Origin: Heptranchias perlo
Taxonomy: Eukaryota
Assembly: GCF_035084215.1 (NCBI RefSeq)
Contig: NC_090346.1
Location: forward strand, 14,446,001 to 14,510,000
Reading direction: 5' to 3'
Length of the DNA: 64,000 nt
Positions within the stretch are counted from its first letter, which is position 1. Each line of letters opens with the position of its first letter. Position numbers and translations under genes: made by a program. Below the pieces are notes generated by a model. That model was given only the letters and a program-made list of their open reading frames with translations, did no database searches and was not told the origin of the DNA. Of the stretch, positions 34,984 to 47,750 are shown piece by piece.

Positions 34984-37900
34984 CTATAGAGGAAGAAGGA
35001 AAAAAAAGTGTCCCCTCTATGCTTATAACATTGCCAGACCGATCACCGTTTAAGTCTCAACCAGTGTGAAAGATTAGCACAGTTTGTGCCTGAAAGGGTT
35101 GTGGAGGCAGGAACCCTCACAACATTCAAGAAGCATTTGGATGAGCACTTGAAATGCCATAGCATACAAGGCTACGGACCAAATGCTGGAATATGGGATT
35201 AGAGTAGACAGGGCTGATGGCCGGCGCGGACACGATGGGCCGAAGGGCCTCTATCCGTGCTGTATGACTCTATGACTCTGAGATAAAGGACATTATGAAA
35301 CAACTGGACTTGCTTGTCGTCTGGGTATGTTTACGGTTTAAATACACAGAACCTGCTCGCTCAACCACCCAAGGGCATGACTCACAGCCACAATTATCAT
35401 GGGTTTGAGACCCAAGGTCATCCCCCACTCGCTTGCCTTAAAAAGAGTAAGTCTAACAAGATTGCACTGTTGGAATTGACATTTGCAATTCAACTCTCAG
35501 CAAAGTTTACACAAACACAGTGATGAATATTTTTATTTATATGAACTACCATCCCCATGTCTCAGAGGCTGTCTTCCTATTCATTTGGTACCGCCATCCA
35601 AGTGGACATTATTTATGCACAAGCCTAGACAGGGTGTGTTGACAGGTTATTCAACCGTGGGAGGGGCATCACAGCCATGGCCAATCCTGACCTCACCATG
35701 CACTTTCCAGCTGGGGTCACGGGACAGAGATTTAGGAGCAGGAACCATGCTTGATATTTTTCCCGCCCTTTTCTAGCCCAGGTGCACTGTGATTAAGTGT
35801 AGAGCCTCCACTTAAATCCCCTCCAAATCATACACCATCCAGACTTGACCTGTATCGTTGTTCCTCAGTCACTGGGTCAAAATCCTAGGACTCCCGACCT
35901 AAGCACCATGGGAGCAACTTCACCACATAGACTGCAGCAATTCAAGCAGGAGGCCCACCACCACCACCTTCTCAACAGCAACCAGAGATAGGCAATAAAT
36001 TCTGGCCTTGCCAGCGACATCCATAGCCCAAGAATGAATAAACAAAAAAAATCAATCATGGGATCTTCCTGGTCTGTATAATTCAATCCCACACCAGGCA
36101 GGGCCTTTACTTACTGAGCTAGAGGGGACATGGTGAGATTTTATGTATCCTTTATAAAAATAAAACTATTGTGCTAAAAAGTGTTATCTCTCATCACAAA
36201 CTCAGCTATATCCCCAGTTACCCTACCAGAAGCGAGCTCGGGCTCAGCTTGCTCACCTCGAGCCGAGCACCTCATGGTGAAACAGACCCAGTAAGAAACC
36301 ACTCCTCCATTGGGTCACGACTGTAACCCAAAGGTCCCTCGCTCACCGGGTTTGTTAAGGGAATGCACAAACCAGGGAACAGCCACATGCAGCCCAAGCT
36401 TTGCTTCACAGTGAGAGGGAACAGAAAGCCAAACCAATGTCAGCCAGTAAGTATAGGCCCGTGGATTGGAGGAGGGGAGAAGACGCGCCCAGTCCCCACC
36501 GATATACTCCGTACCTGATACTGTTCTTCTAGCCGAGACAGCAGCACAGCCTTCTCTACATTCAAGTTTCGGTCAATTAGATTTAATGAAAGAACCACTG
36601 ATTTCAGCTGATGGATGATATACTCCAGACCTACAAAAAAAAAATCAAAGGGAGAAGCAAGCAGAGTCAGTGAGTTCAATAAGCATTTCTCCTAGTCAAT
36701 TACTACATTTTTAAAAAAATTACAAGGAGTACCGGGAAAAAAAAGTGAGGAGTGAATACTTTGCGCTCAAATGACTCTTAAACATTGTTTTAAGTTTTAA
36801 CTTTTGGTCCAGAGTATTCAGCTATGACAAAGAGTGAAGTGATCACACACCCACTAGTGCCCAGGAATTGTAAGAGGAGAGGTGTTGCTCAAAGGTCTCC
36901 TTGGACTCCTTTGGAATGTTTGGTCCCAAGATACTTGTGGAAGAGCCAATCACAACATTATATCTGTTGGAATAAAACATAGATTAGTATTAAACAAAAC
37001 AAAATCAGCAAGCTGGCAGTGAAAGAGTATTAAAGGGTGGTTCCATTTTATTCTGAGTGAGTCCCTCCATCACTGTCCGACAAAAGTGGCCAAAAGCTAT
37101 CGCAAGAACTCTGTCTCTGTACAACTGCTGCCTAGCTGACACAATTCCCGACCAAGGCTCTTAACTAATACAGCAATTGCGTGACCCTTTGTATTCTCCC
37201 CTTCAGCAGGTAAGGCTACCTTGCTGCAGATGAGGGGCGTTATTGGCCCACTGCTGTCCCACATTGAGCACCTAGGACGACCCCTTCCACTCACCTGTTT
37301 TCTATCCACTCGATGACTGGATCCCATTCATTTCTCTGGAGCTCCACTAAGCCGGGCGGCTCCTCCACTCTGTAACTATACATCAACAAACACAAATAAG
37401 TGTGGATAAAGAAGGCCCAGTTTAAGCTCATCCAACTAAGAAAGGCCCTGAAGTCACCCCTTTGCAGCATCCAACTGTTTCTCATCCCTTGTCTTATGAT
37501 TCTCACTGCCCTCTTACTATTAAAGTACTGAAACAATTTCTTATTGTTACGTTTTGCATCTGCACCTATGCTTTTTCCAGATCTTTTTGCTCCTCTGACC
37601 AACCTCTCAACCTTGTGTTTGCATGTTCCTATGTTCATCCCAGTGAACCCCTTCTCCATTCTCCCTGCAGGATTTGTAGGGGTCTTTTTGTGATTATCTT
37701 AAATTTGTTCCCTCTTCCACTGAGCAGTGGAAACGTTCGATTATTTTATCATAACCGATCTGAATCTTGAAGGTCACCCCTTAACCTTTTTGTTCCTAAT
37801 GGAAAAAAGCCCAAACTTCTCAAATCTACTTGAAGTTGCCACCTTTAATGCCTGTGTGATTGCACACCACACTGCCCTGCTCCTCTACTTCATCTAAAGT

Positions 37901-40900
37901 CTCATCATTTAAGATGTATTTTTGTTGGGCAAGGGTATCAAAGGATGTGGAGCAAATGCAGGTAAATGGAGTTGAGGTACAGATCAAACTGAATGGCGGA
38001 ACAGGCTCAAGTTGCTGAATGGCCTACACCTGTTCTGAAGTTCCTATGCATTTCCTTTCTCAAGTCTTACTTTCAAAATGTATTCCTTCACATTTTTCTA
38101 CATTAAACTACATCGGCCACCTATCTGCCTACCTAGCCTCCCTATCTGTGTCCTGCAGTTTTTCCACAGTTCTCGTCACCATTAGTCAACCCCCACCACC
38201 CCAACAAAAGAATCGGTGCCAGAAGCAAATTTCAATATTGTTCCTTCAATTCCTAAGTCCAGATAATTTATGCATATAATAAATAAGTGCACGCAGAAAT
38301 TCGACAATCTCACCCACAACAAACATCACTTACCAGACGGTGTCTGTGTCCAGGTATTTAAGAGCCGCCCTAATCAACTGTTCTTTTGTTCTTTGTGTGG
38401 GATTATCCAGTGCAGTGTTGCATAAAGTTGTCTAATCAAAGAGAATATCATCCAGTTTAGCTTCAGGTAATCATAATTTTCCTACATAATAGTCACTGTA
38501 CTTCAAAGACATTCTGACTCCTGTGTCAGTAAGGTATTTTGAATTGCTTGGGAATTTCTCTGTACAGTTCAAATTGGCTTTCTTCATAAAAGTATGATCC
38601 AGAAAATTTGCATATGTGACACCCAAGGTATGGCAGACATAAACATATGCTAGACATACCCTTTTTATATTATTAATAATAATAATAATTAGAGAAATAC
38701 ATCTCAATGAAGTCTCCCCCCACCCCTCCCAACATCTTCTCTCTAGACTGCAATACTTAATCCTTGCCCATACTCGTCCTTTATACTTTGGGACACTGGT
38801 TTATATTGTGACCCCCTGACAAAAAGTTAGTGATACTGGTTTCTTTTTATAAAAAACGACTTGTGTTTCTGATAGTAGCACCTTTTTTCCTAACCCGATT
38901 TTGCCTCCTCATCTCCTGATGACGCTGACTCTTGCTGATTGACACCTCCACAAGTTCCAGAAACTATCGCACCTACACGAGACCATTGGCAGGTTATTTA
39001 ACTGGAGAATCACCAGAACCACTTCTGACCCTGATCCTGTCCTCACCCAACACCAATGCATACTTGCTTTCCTGCAGGCACCTGGTTGATTCCCTTCCCC
39101 AGTCCGTGGACACTGAGGCCAATTATAATGTCCCCACCGCTGCCCTGGTGCAATCAGCTAACTCAGTACAGACCAGGGACCTTCCTGGTCTATGTGGCTC
39201 TGTACCACAGTGTGTCCACTTTGCCAGGCATGAAAGGTTTAAGAAGTTCATAAACTCCAGTCAATAAAAAAACAATTAAAACCAGACTCTACCAGGTGCA
39301 TCGTGAAGAACTGCAGTGTGTCTCGCTGAGACTCCCATTCCGTGGCGACAGCGATTGCCAGAACTTCGCTGGGGACCGTGAACAACTTGCCCTGAGGCGT
39401 CTTCAGCTTCTTGCGGTCCAGGTTTATCTCAAATGCTCCTCCTGCAACGGCAAAAAACAGTCCCTTACAAAGTCAGAGCAAAACCCATCGTACAACCTGG
39501 ACGTTTAGACCTTCACCCGGATCATTGTGCCTCCTTGAAACAAGTCCAGTCAGCACAAGAATTCTTTGTTGTAAACATCGATCCTTGATATACATGCTCT
39601 GACAGTTTAACAGATACATTAATTTCAGTAACAGGACCACTGCATTACTATACCAGACGATGGATTTTTTCCTTTCAAGAAATATGTTTACTGTCACTGA
39701 CCACTCCTTAGTTGATGCTTTAATTAGATGGATGAAATAAGAGCGTAACACACTTCTGGCTGATTCATATGAATTATTTTAAATAGAATAGAAATACAAA
39801 TGCTTACATCAGAATTGGGCACATTAAAATTACTTTGCTCTGGCTCAGCTTTAAAACTGTCAACAGCTGAAGCCAACCGTGATACCGAACACTTCAATTA
39901 ACATTTTTTCTGTAGGTGCGGCCATGTTGCCTAGATTTACATCTGAGCGGAGCATTGTTCCCGCAGCAGTTGGAGCTGAAGCAGCTAGTAGTGACAGGAA
40001 TCTGGCATAACAAAAATAGGAAAGGTTCACAAACTGTGCAAATCCCACGTCTATATTTGCCAGTGTCTCAAGACTACGTTCTGGGAATTTACTAATACCC
40101 TGGAGGGGAGAAGTGATTTGGGACGGTATGACACATAGAATCATACAGCACAGAAGGCGGCCATTCGGCCCATCGTGCCTGTGCCAGCTCTCTGAAGAGT
40201 TACCAATCAGTCCTACTCACTCCCATGCTCCTTCCAATTTGCCCAGCAAATTTTTCCTTTTACCCAGACATAAATCCTACAAATGTCTACACTTGCCCCA
40301 TGTAATTTGACATTGCTGCTCTAATAATGCAATTTTCCATTAAAGGTCTTGGTCATATCCTTTTCTGAGGGAATAAGATTTATAATTGCAGTTCCCAGAA
40401 TAAATCACTTGCTCTGCTAATACTTGGGAGGTTACCAAGCGTACTGAGGTTGTGCTAACAGTTCAGTAATCAGCTCGGTATTGTGTTTCAGGACTTTAAA
40501 GATTAACCAATAGATGCAAATATCCTTCAGCTGACTAACTGCACACACCCTGATTGGCACTTTCATGGCTATGCAGATATCTGTTCTTGACCACTCTTGG
40601 TTACATTTCTATGGACAGATTAGTCACACTCGTGAGTGACCTTCCCAACACTGAGAGCATTTACACAACACCCTACCATATCTTAGAAATGTCCTAAAGA
40701 GCCTCACATAGAGCAGATTATGTAGGTAAACGTGGTGTCAACTTTGCACATAACAAGGTCCCAGAAACAACACAGAGATAAATGGCCCAGTTGGTCTATT
40801 TTTGATGGTGTTGAGGGAAGAATGTTGGCCAGGACACTGAAAGAGTCCCTGCTCCATTTTGAATATTTCCCTGGGTTTTCACTGCCCAACTGAACCACCA

Positions 40901-42481
40901 GAATAGGACCACAGTTTTAACATGTCATCCGTAGGATAGCATCTCTGTATTCCCTCAGCATAAAGAGTAGTGGAAATCTTTCCCCCAAAAAGCTGTGGAT
41001 CCTGGGGGGGCAATTGAAATTTTCAAGACTGCGATCGACCGATTTTTGTTAGGCAAGAGTATCGAGGGATATGAATCAAAGGCAGGTAAATGGAGTTGAG
41101 GTGCAGGTCAGATATGATATGATCTAATTGAATGGCAGAACAAGCTCGAGGGGCTGAAAATGGCCTACTCCTGTTCCTATGTCCGATAATGCTGCACAGT
41201 TGCCCAGAAATTGGTTACAATGGTGGTTAGGGGTCAATTTGTTGTGCGGCTGAAAAGGATACAACATTTAAAAAAACAATCTTCAATCGTAAGCGTCAGA
41301 TAGAACAGAAATCTTACCTTCCCCTTGAGAAATGCTAACATCCTGATAAAATTTCTTCCGTTCTAGAAGAGGTGCAAAATTCAAAAGAGAAATCGGAAAA
41401 GTTATTTACCTGCTAAAAACTTGCACCGTAGCAACAATGTATCCATGCAGTATGCCGTTAATACGGTGCAGAAATTCCAGGAAATTAAGGCATGAGTGAC
41501 TTACGCCATTACGTATGTCAAGCCATAATTTCCTGGGATCTTGCGATTCTCCCCAGAGACCCTCACCGAAAAAGTTGAACAGCTAATTATCATAGCTCCG
41601 CCCCTACCCACCCTATTAAAATCAACAGCAAGATTGAGTTTGCTAAATTAACACCACTGTGATCGTCACAGTCACTTAGACTGTTATAAAAAGGCACTTG
41701 AGAACTCAGGATCACTAACCTAGTCAGTCAATCACTCACCAGGTTGCCTGTGAGTAACATTCTTTTTTACTGATTTGTTCTAGGAACTTCATTTAGATCT
41801 CTAACCTCAATTAAATAATAAGATAAATATTTTGGCATTATTTTTATGTTAACATTTGTTGAACTTGTGTGCTAAGTGGTCATGAAATACGGCTGGGGAT
41901 TACACGCAGTTCAGAAGACAAGCCTATGCATACGGGTCTCTCAACACTGATTTATATGGAAAGAAATTGCATTTATATAGTGCCTTTCACGACCTTAGTA
42001 CATCCCAAAGCACTTTAAACCCAATGAAGTACTTTTGAAGTGTAATCACTGTTGTAATGTAGGAATCGCTACAGCCAAATTATGCACATGAAGATCCCAC
42101 AAACACCAATGTGATAATGACCAGATAATCTGTTTTCGTGGTGTTGGTTGACCAACCTCTCCTCCGAAAGACGGCACCTCTGGCTGTGCCGCACTCCCTC
42201 CCTCCCTCCTGCACGGAGAGTGTCCGCCTGGATTATGTGCTGAAGTCTCTGAAGTGGGACTTGAACCCACTGACTCAGAGGCGAGAGTGCGGCCACTGAC
42301 ACCTTGTATTTGGTGCCCGCTCTCGATCCTCTCGGTGTCATTTTATACTCTGTTCCCACAGCTCCTGTCACTCACCTGTTGCCGGGTACCGCCGCCTCCA
42401 CTCCGTCATCCTTCCCATCACCTGGCAACCAAGCCCAGGCCTCAATACGGCGGGCGCCCGAGCCCAGAAGCGGGCCAACAT
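34846..42481 (-). CDS. ATPAF2: ATP synthase mitochondrial F1 complex assembly factor 2 (ATP12 family), complete 8-exon CDS, 846 nt, 281 aa
   Basis: complement join(42376-42481,41318-41362,39293-39441,38334-38431,37295-37375,36851-36963,36515-36630,34846-34983). All introns GT-AG with consistent phases. Motifs ERKKFYQDVSI, LKTPQGKLF, TTLCNTALDNP, WGNVEWAHD. Confidence 0.95.
35087..35280 (+). mobile_element. CR1 3' end, (ctatgact)n-tail subfamily, in the last ATPAF2 intron
   Basis: Essentially identical to 53974-54175. Confidence 0.9.
35850..36052 (+). mobile_element. Degenerate 3' fragment of the tRNA-headed LINE family
   Basis: gggtcaaaatcctaggactccc...ggcaataaattctggccttgccagcgacatcc plus A tail. 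Confidence 0.8.
36515..36630 (-). CDS. ATPAF2: ATPAF2 exon 7
   Basis: LEYIIHQLKSVVLSLNLIDRNLNVEKAVLLSRLEEQYQ; TAG / GTACGG. Confidence 0.95.
36851..36963 (-). CDS. ATPAF2: ATPAF2 exon 6
   Basis: YNVVIGSSTSILGPNIPKESKETFEQHLSSYNSWALV(G); CAG / GTGTGT. Confidence 0.93.
37295..37375 (-). CDS. ATPAF2: ATPAF2 exon 5
   Basis: YRVEEPPGLVELQRNEWDPVIEWIEN(R); TAG / GTGAGT. Confidence 0.95.
37465..38280 (-). mobile_element. Degenerate CR1 fragments in ATPAF2 intron 4 (mixed orientation)
   Basis: KRNNKKLFQYFNSKR linker motif, RT remnants, and a plus-strand CR1 tail at 37915-38050. Confidence 0.55.
38334..38431 (-). CDS. ATPAF2: ATPAF2 exon 4
   Basis: TTLCNTALDNPTQRTKEQLIRAALKYLDTDTV(C); TAG / GTAAGT. 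Confidence 0.95.
39293..39441 (-). CDS. ATPAF2: ATPAF2 exon 3
   Basis: GAFEINLDRKKLKTPQGKLFTVPSEVLAIAVATEWESQRDTLQFFTMHL; CAG acceptor. Confidence 0.95.
41318..41362 (-). CDS. ATPAF2: ATPAF2 exon 2
   Basis: (E)RKKFYQDVSISQGE(G); TAG / GTAAGA. Confidence 0.93.
41960..42300 (-). mobile_element. Deu-domain SINE in ATPAF2 intron 1 (another tail fragment at 42917-43082)
   Basis: Family match. Confidence 0.8.
42376..42481 (-). CDS. ATPAF2: ATPAF2 exon 1 (Arg-rich mitochondrial presequence-like)
   Basis: MLARFWARAPAVLRPGLGCQVMGRMTEWRRRYPAT; donor G|GTGAGT; in a CpG-rich segment. Confidence 0.82.
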
Positions 42482-42499
42482 CCTCTCTAAACGCCCCGC

Positions 42500-42850
42500 A
42501 GTAAAGTTAAAGACAGCCCTGCCTCTCACACCAGAGCGGCCGCGGCTCTGTGCACGTTATTGTTCGCCCGCCGGCCGCCCTTCGGTTCCTCGGCTCCAAA
42601 AGACATTCACAAGGGCGCCGCCATTGACCCGACCTTTCACCCCTGCAAACCCCACCCACACGCGTCACCGACCAATTGATCGACGTCTTCGCTATCCAAT
42701 CACACCACGAGATTTGACTGTCAATCAAGCTGCTGGAAGGCGGGGCTCCAGTTTGAACCGACTGTTTCCCGCCCTTTCCCCAGTCTGATGGGCTGCTGCA
42801 CCACGTGGCTCTGTTTTTGTCTGCACTTTCCAATAACTCGGCGTGTCCCC
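42500..42850 (-). promoter_or_regulatory. ATPAF2 CpG-island promoter
   Basis: CpG-rich; YY1-like GCCGCCATT 42617-42625, CCAAT 42672-42676 and 42696-42700, GC box 42739-42745, CACGTG 42802-42807. Confidence 0.7.
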
Positions 42851-43467
42851 TCCCTGGTTTTTGTCTCTCAGGTTACAGCTTAATCTCTGCATAAAACTAG
42901 AAATTATTGTTAAAGAAAGAACTTGCTTTTCTATAGCGTCTTTCACAACTTCAGGACATCCTAAAGCACTTTACTGCCAACGAATCACATTTGAAATGTA
43001 GTCACTGTTGTAATGTAGGAAACGTGGCTGCCAAATTGCACACAGCAAGATCCCACAGACAGCAATGAGATAAATGATCATTCCAACAGACTCCCACTAA
43101 ACTTATGGCAGAAGTCCACCAAAACAGCCATGGGTTGTTGGGAGTTGTGTGGTGAGATTGTTCCAGCATGTTCCATGCCTGCGTGTAAGAAAGTGAATGA
43201 ATGCGCGAGTGGGGAGCTAGACATAAGTTTGGGGAGGCTCCTATCACCTCCTATTGGTTCCAGGCCCAGAATTTGGACTGACTTCTCACCACATCATTGA
43301 TGTGCTGGGCCCTCTCTGATCTCCTTTCGCTGCGGGCTGTTATTTGCTGTCTTCTGCGAGTAGATAGAAAAGAGAATGAGAAAAAATGAGAGATGTATGT
43401 CATTTGACTGCCCGTGCGCTACCTCACGTGAGTTCCTGAACATGCAGCATGCAGGCAGCTAGTGTTA

Positions 43468-43692
43468 GCAACAACAACTTGCATTTATATAGCATCTTTA
43501 ACGTAGTAAAACATCCCAAGGCGCTTCACAGGTGTGTTATCAGTCAAAAAAATTAACATTGAACCAAAGAAGGAGATATTAGCACAGTTGATCAAAAGCT
43601 TGGCCAAACAGGTAGGTTTTAAGTAGCATCTTAAAGGAGGAGAGGGGGGTGAAGCAGCAGAGAGATTTAGGGAGTTAATTCCAGAGCTTAGA
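43468..43692 (-). mobile_element. L2-like LINE 3' end
   Basis: (caa)n-cttgcatttatatagc tail; related copies at 23468-23608 and 33825-34010. Confidence 0.75.
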
Positions 43693-43744
43693 ACATGCTT
43701 GATGTCCGTAGCTTGTAAGATTTAATGGACAATAGTGTTACACA

Positions 43745-44027
43745 GGGCAAGGGCAACAGGCTCATGGGAACAATATCACCTCCAAGTTCCCCTCGGAGTC
43801 ACACATCATCCCGACTTGGGTCTTATATCAGCCATTCCTTCATCATCGATGGGCCAAAATCCTGGAACTCCCGACCTAACGGCACTGTGGGAGCACCTTC
43901 ACCACACGGACTGCAGCAGGTTCAAGGCAAAGGCCCACCACCATCTTCTCAAGGGCAACTAAGGATGGGCAATAAATGCCGGCCTTGCCAGTGATGCACA
44001 CATCCCCAGAATGAATTTTTTAAAAAT
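43745..44027 (+). mobile_element. 3' fragment of the tRNA-headed LINE family
   Basis: Matches 5585-5850, including the gggcaataaatgccggccttgccag tail. Confidence 0.85.
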
Positions 44028-44284
44028 CCGGCACTAGTGCAAGGTGCCATGCAAAAACATGGATATATGTGGGCATTTGGAAAGTAGATGAATAGTTGGC
44101 AGACTGCTAGGCATGTTACCTCCGGCGATACTGCACCAAGCTTACAGTGCTGTTGGCTTGTATTGTAAACTAATACTATTTAAGGTAGGCAAAATGTGAG
44201 CATATCTGCCCTAACGATCTTTCAGAGACCAGCAAATTTCTTCCTCATCCGTTCCCTCAAACTCATCTTTTCTCACCACAGCTT

Positions 44285-44724
44285 TCAACTGTGGCTCAGT
44301 GGGTAGCACTATCACCTCTGAGTCAGAAGGTCGTGCCTTTGAGCTCCACTCCAGAGACTTGAACACAAGATCCAGGCTGATTCTGAGGGAGTGCTGCACT
44401 GTCGGAGGTGCTGCCTTTCAGATGAGATGTTAAACCGAGGTCCCTCAGGTGGATGTAAAAGATCCGATGACACTATTTCGAAGAAGAGCAGGGGAGTTCT
44501 CCCCGGTGTCCTGGCCAATATTTATCCCTCAACCAACATCACTAAAACAGATTATCTGGTCATTATCACATTGCTGTTTGTGGGATCTTGTTGTGCGCAT
44601 ATTGGCTGCTGCGTTTCCTACATTACAACAGTGACTGCACTTCAAAAAGTACTTCATTGGCAGTAAAGCGCTTTGGGATGTCCTGAGGTCATGAAAGACG
44701 CTACATAAATGCACGTCTTTCTTT
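44285..44724 (+). mobile_element. tRNA-derived Deu-domain SINE (SacSINE1/AmnSINE-like), representative near-complete copy
   Basis: A box TGGCTCAGTGG, Deu core gatgagatgttaaaccgagg...ccccggtgtcctggccaa, L2-type tail. Confidence 0.85.
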
Positions 44725-46059
44725 CTGCAGCCGGTTACCTTGGCTGCTCTGGTGCTTCTCTTAACTGGATGGATGTTCCTTTGCTCCAAATAGGAGCACC
44801 CTTCTAGAGAGGACTTTCTGCAGAACAACCTTCAAAGCTACAGCTTCAAGAGGGGAACAGTCTCCTCCGTCCTATTGGTGGAGCCATTTCTCCGCCCTCA
44901 GTAACAGGGCAGATTTAACGGCAGCCCTTGAAAAGCTGCTGGCCTCAAACCCTGGCGCATTCCTAGCACGTCATTGGATGTCGGTCAAGAGTGCTGGTAA
45001 ATGAGGTCAATTAGCAGCACTGATCCCACCGCCAGAGTGGCAGAACTGTGCAGTGAAGAGGCAGAAAATGATAGCCAGCCGCTCAGTAATTGCAGGAATA
45101 GTGTACATCTTGTGCATCTGCTTCAGTCCCTTAAACAACACCCGTCTAAGTCAGTTCCACTCCCTCGTTCCTAATTTATCAGCAGCCCATTAGCTGAGTG
45201 CTAGCTGATTGAATATTGTGAGCTGCTTTTAAGGATCCTCTTCTATCCCATTACTGGCAAGTGCACTCATCCTGCAGGTCGTAAACTCACTTTATATCCG
45301 ACCGAAAGCACTTTGCTGCTGATGGAATTGGAACAAAGTGATCTTTGTATCTAACGTTATCCTTAAATGCCACTTAAGATAACTGACCCTGTGTCTTTGA
45401 AAATATATATCGCCTTTTTAAAAAAGTAAAATCAAAAATGTAAACTCTGTTGATTTTTTGAGTGCTTTTTGAAGTATTTCAATGTCTACTAATTTAATTT
45501 AAACGTTTCTGTACGTCATTAAGGTTTATTTTGTTCTGAATAAATTTGGATCTCGTTTTACCCTTTCTATTCCTTTAAAAAAAGATGTATTTTCCCAGCA
45601 TGATTTTTAGTTGCCTTTCTTCCCCTTTTAAATTTGACTTGTTTTCTTTCGTGACCCAAATCTTGTTCAGCTTGAGCCTCTCTCTACCTGTGATCAAACT
45701 TGGCCACTCAGAGTTATGGTCTGTTTGTGTGGGACCAGAGAGGGAAAGATGGTAGAAAGAATTTGGCTAAAAGTTAACCATGAAACAGCAACGAGAAATG
45801 AACCGTTATTATTTCTGACTGATCCTACCTTGTCAATTGAAAGTAAACAAGTAGGTGTGCATTCTTTAGATGGATGAAAGTGAGGGAATTCAAATCCCTA
45901 CGGATAGGATAAAAAGGAGAGCCACGACAGTGTCTTTCTTCACACAACATACTGAGCAGCGAAGGGGGGCAGGTATCGTATTCCGCAGTAAGCTGTAAAC
46001 AGGTGAATACTTTGTTACGATTTGAAAGAAAGAAAGAACTTTCACAAATCAAAAGAAAA

Positions 46060-46102
46060 ATACAGTGGATGCTGGAAATCTGAAACAAAAACAGAAAATG
46101 CG
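46060..46102 (+). repeat. Short dispersed repeat (possibly Penelope-derived)
   Basis: gatgctggaaatctgaaacaaaaacagaaaatgc; also at 7603-7670 and 18595-18660. Confidence 0.5.
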
Positions 46103-47140
46103 GGTGTTTTTGTGACTGGAAGGTTGTTTCCAGTGGGTCCCGCAGGGGTCAGTACTAGGTCCCTGGCTTTTTGTGGTATATATTAATGATTTAGACTTAA
46201 ATGTAGGGGGCATGATTAAGAAGTTTTCAGATGATACAAAAATTGGCCGTGTGGTTGATAGTGAGGGGGAAAGCTGTAGACTGCAGGAAGATATCAATGG
46301 ACTGGTCAGGTGGTCAGAAAAGTGGCAAATGGAATTCAATCCAGAGAAGTGTGAAGTAATGCACTTGAGGAGGGCAAACAAGGCAAGGGAATACAGAATA
46401 AATGGGAGGATACTGATAGGTGTAGAGGAACAGAGGGATGTTGGAATGTATGTCCACAGATCCCTGAAGGTAGCAGGAAAGGTAGATAAGGTGGTTAAGA
46501 AGGCACACGGGATACTTTCCTTTATTAGCCGAGGCACAGAAGAGAAGAGCAGGGAGGTTATGCTAGAACTGTATAAAACATTGGTTAGGCCACAGCTTAA
46601 GTACTGCGTACAGTTCTGGTCACCACATTACAGGAAAGATGTGATTGCACTAGAGAGGGTACAGAGGAGATTTATGAGGCTGTTGCCAGGACTGGAGAAT
46701 TTTAGCTATGAGGAAAGATTGGATAGGCTGGGTTTGTTTTCTTTGGAACAGAGGAGGCTGAGGGGAGATTTAATAGAAGTGTATAAAATTATGAGTGGCC
46801 TAGATAGAGTGGATAGGAAGGACCTATTTCCCTTAGCAGAGGGGTCAATAACCAGGGGGCATAGATTTAAAGTAATTGGTAGAAGGATTAGAAGGGAGTT
46901 GAGGAGAATTTTTTTCACCCAGAGGGTGGTGGGGGTCTGAAACTCACTGACTGAAAGGGTGGTAGAGGCAGAAACCTTCAACTCATTTAAAAAGTACTCG
47001 GATATGCACTTGAGGTGCCATAACCTACGAGGCTACAGACCAAGAGCTAGAAAGTGAGATTAAGATGGATAGCTCTTTTTTGGCCGACACAGACACAATG
47101 GGCTGAATGGCCTCCTTCTGTGCCATAACTTTCTATGATG
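46103..47140 (+). mobile_element. CR1 LINE 3' part
   Basis: ORF 46173-46940 ([29 protein letters not shown]) plus 3' UTR. Confidence 0.92.
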
Positions 47141-47397
47141 TAAAAGATCGCATGACACCATTTCGAAGAAGAGCAGGGGAGTTCTCCACAGTGACCAGGC
47201 CAATATTTATCCCTCAACCAACATTAAAGAAACAGATTATCTGATCATTATCACATTGCTGTTTGTGGGAGCTTGCTGTCCACAAATTGGCTGCTGCATT
47301 TCCTACATTACAACAGTGACTACACTTCAAAAGTACTTCATTGGCTGTAAAGCGCTTTGGGACATCCTGAGGTTATATAAATGCAAGTTCTTTCTTT
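47141..47397 (+). mobile_element. Deu-domain SINE 3' half
   Basis: Family match, directly after a CR1 tail. Confidence 0.8.
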
Positions 47398-47731
47398 AAT
47401 AGAGCAGCTGATAATAGCTGATGCCAGGCTGACCCTCCTCATAGGTTTTCTGAATAATGTAATAGAAACATAAGCTGCTTACAGGGTGACTGCTAGTTCA
47501 TCACAGCTTTGCTTTGGAGACGAAGGATTGGACCATAACTGGATTTCCCTTTGTGTTGTTCGTTAAATGATAGGTTTAATAAAAGTGTAAAAGTTGCCGC
47601 AATTACATTATTATATAAGTTGTTGCCAGTTCCTCAGCACTTTTTAGGGCCTATCGGTTCCTGAGGCTGCTGCAGATTAAGCCTGCTGCACCGATACGAC
47701 TTTCGGTGGACAGTGATATCGCACTGAGACT

Positions 47732-47750
47732 CTGCTGCCACCTGGTGGTC
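47732..47750 (-). promoter_or_regulatory. Candidate CTCF site
   Basis: GACCACCAGGTGGCAGCAG, close to the CTCF core, in non-repeat sequence. Confidence 0.5.

Noticed and set aside
44725-45300. Possible MITE or DNA-transposon remnants (also near 13540-13890, 27430-27620, 41420-41600)
   Set aside because: Composition is suggestive, but I could not define terminal inverted repeats or TSDs.
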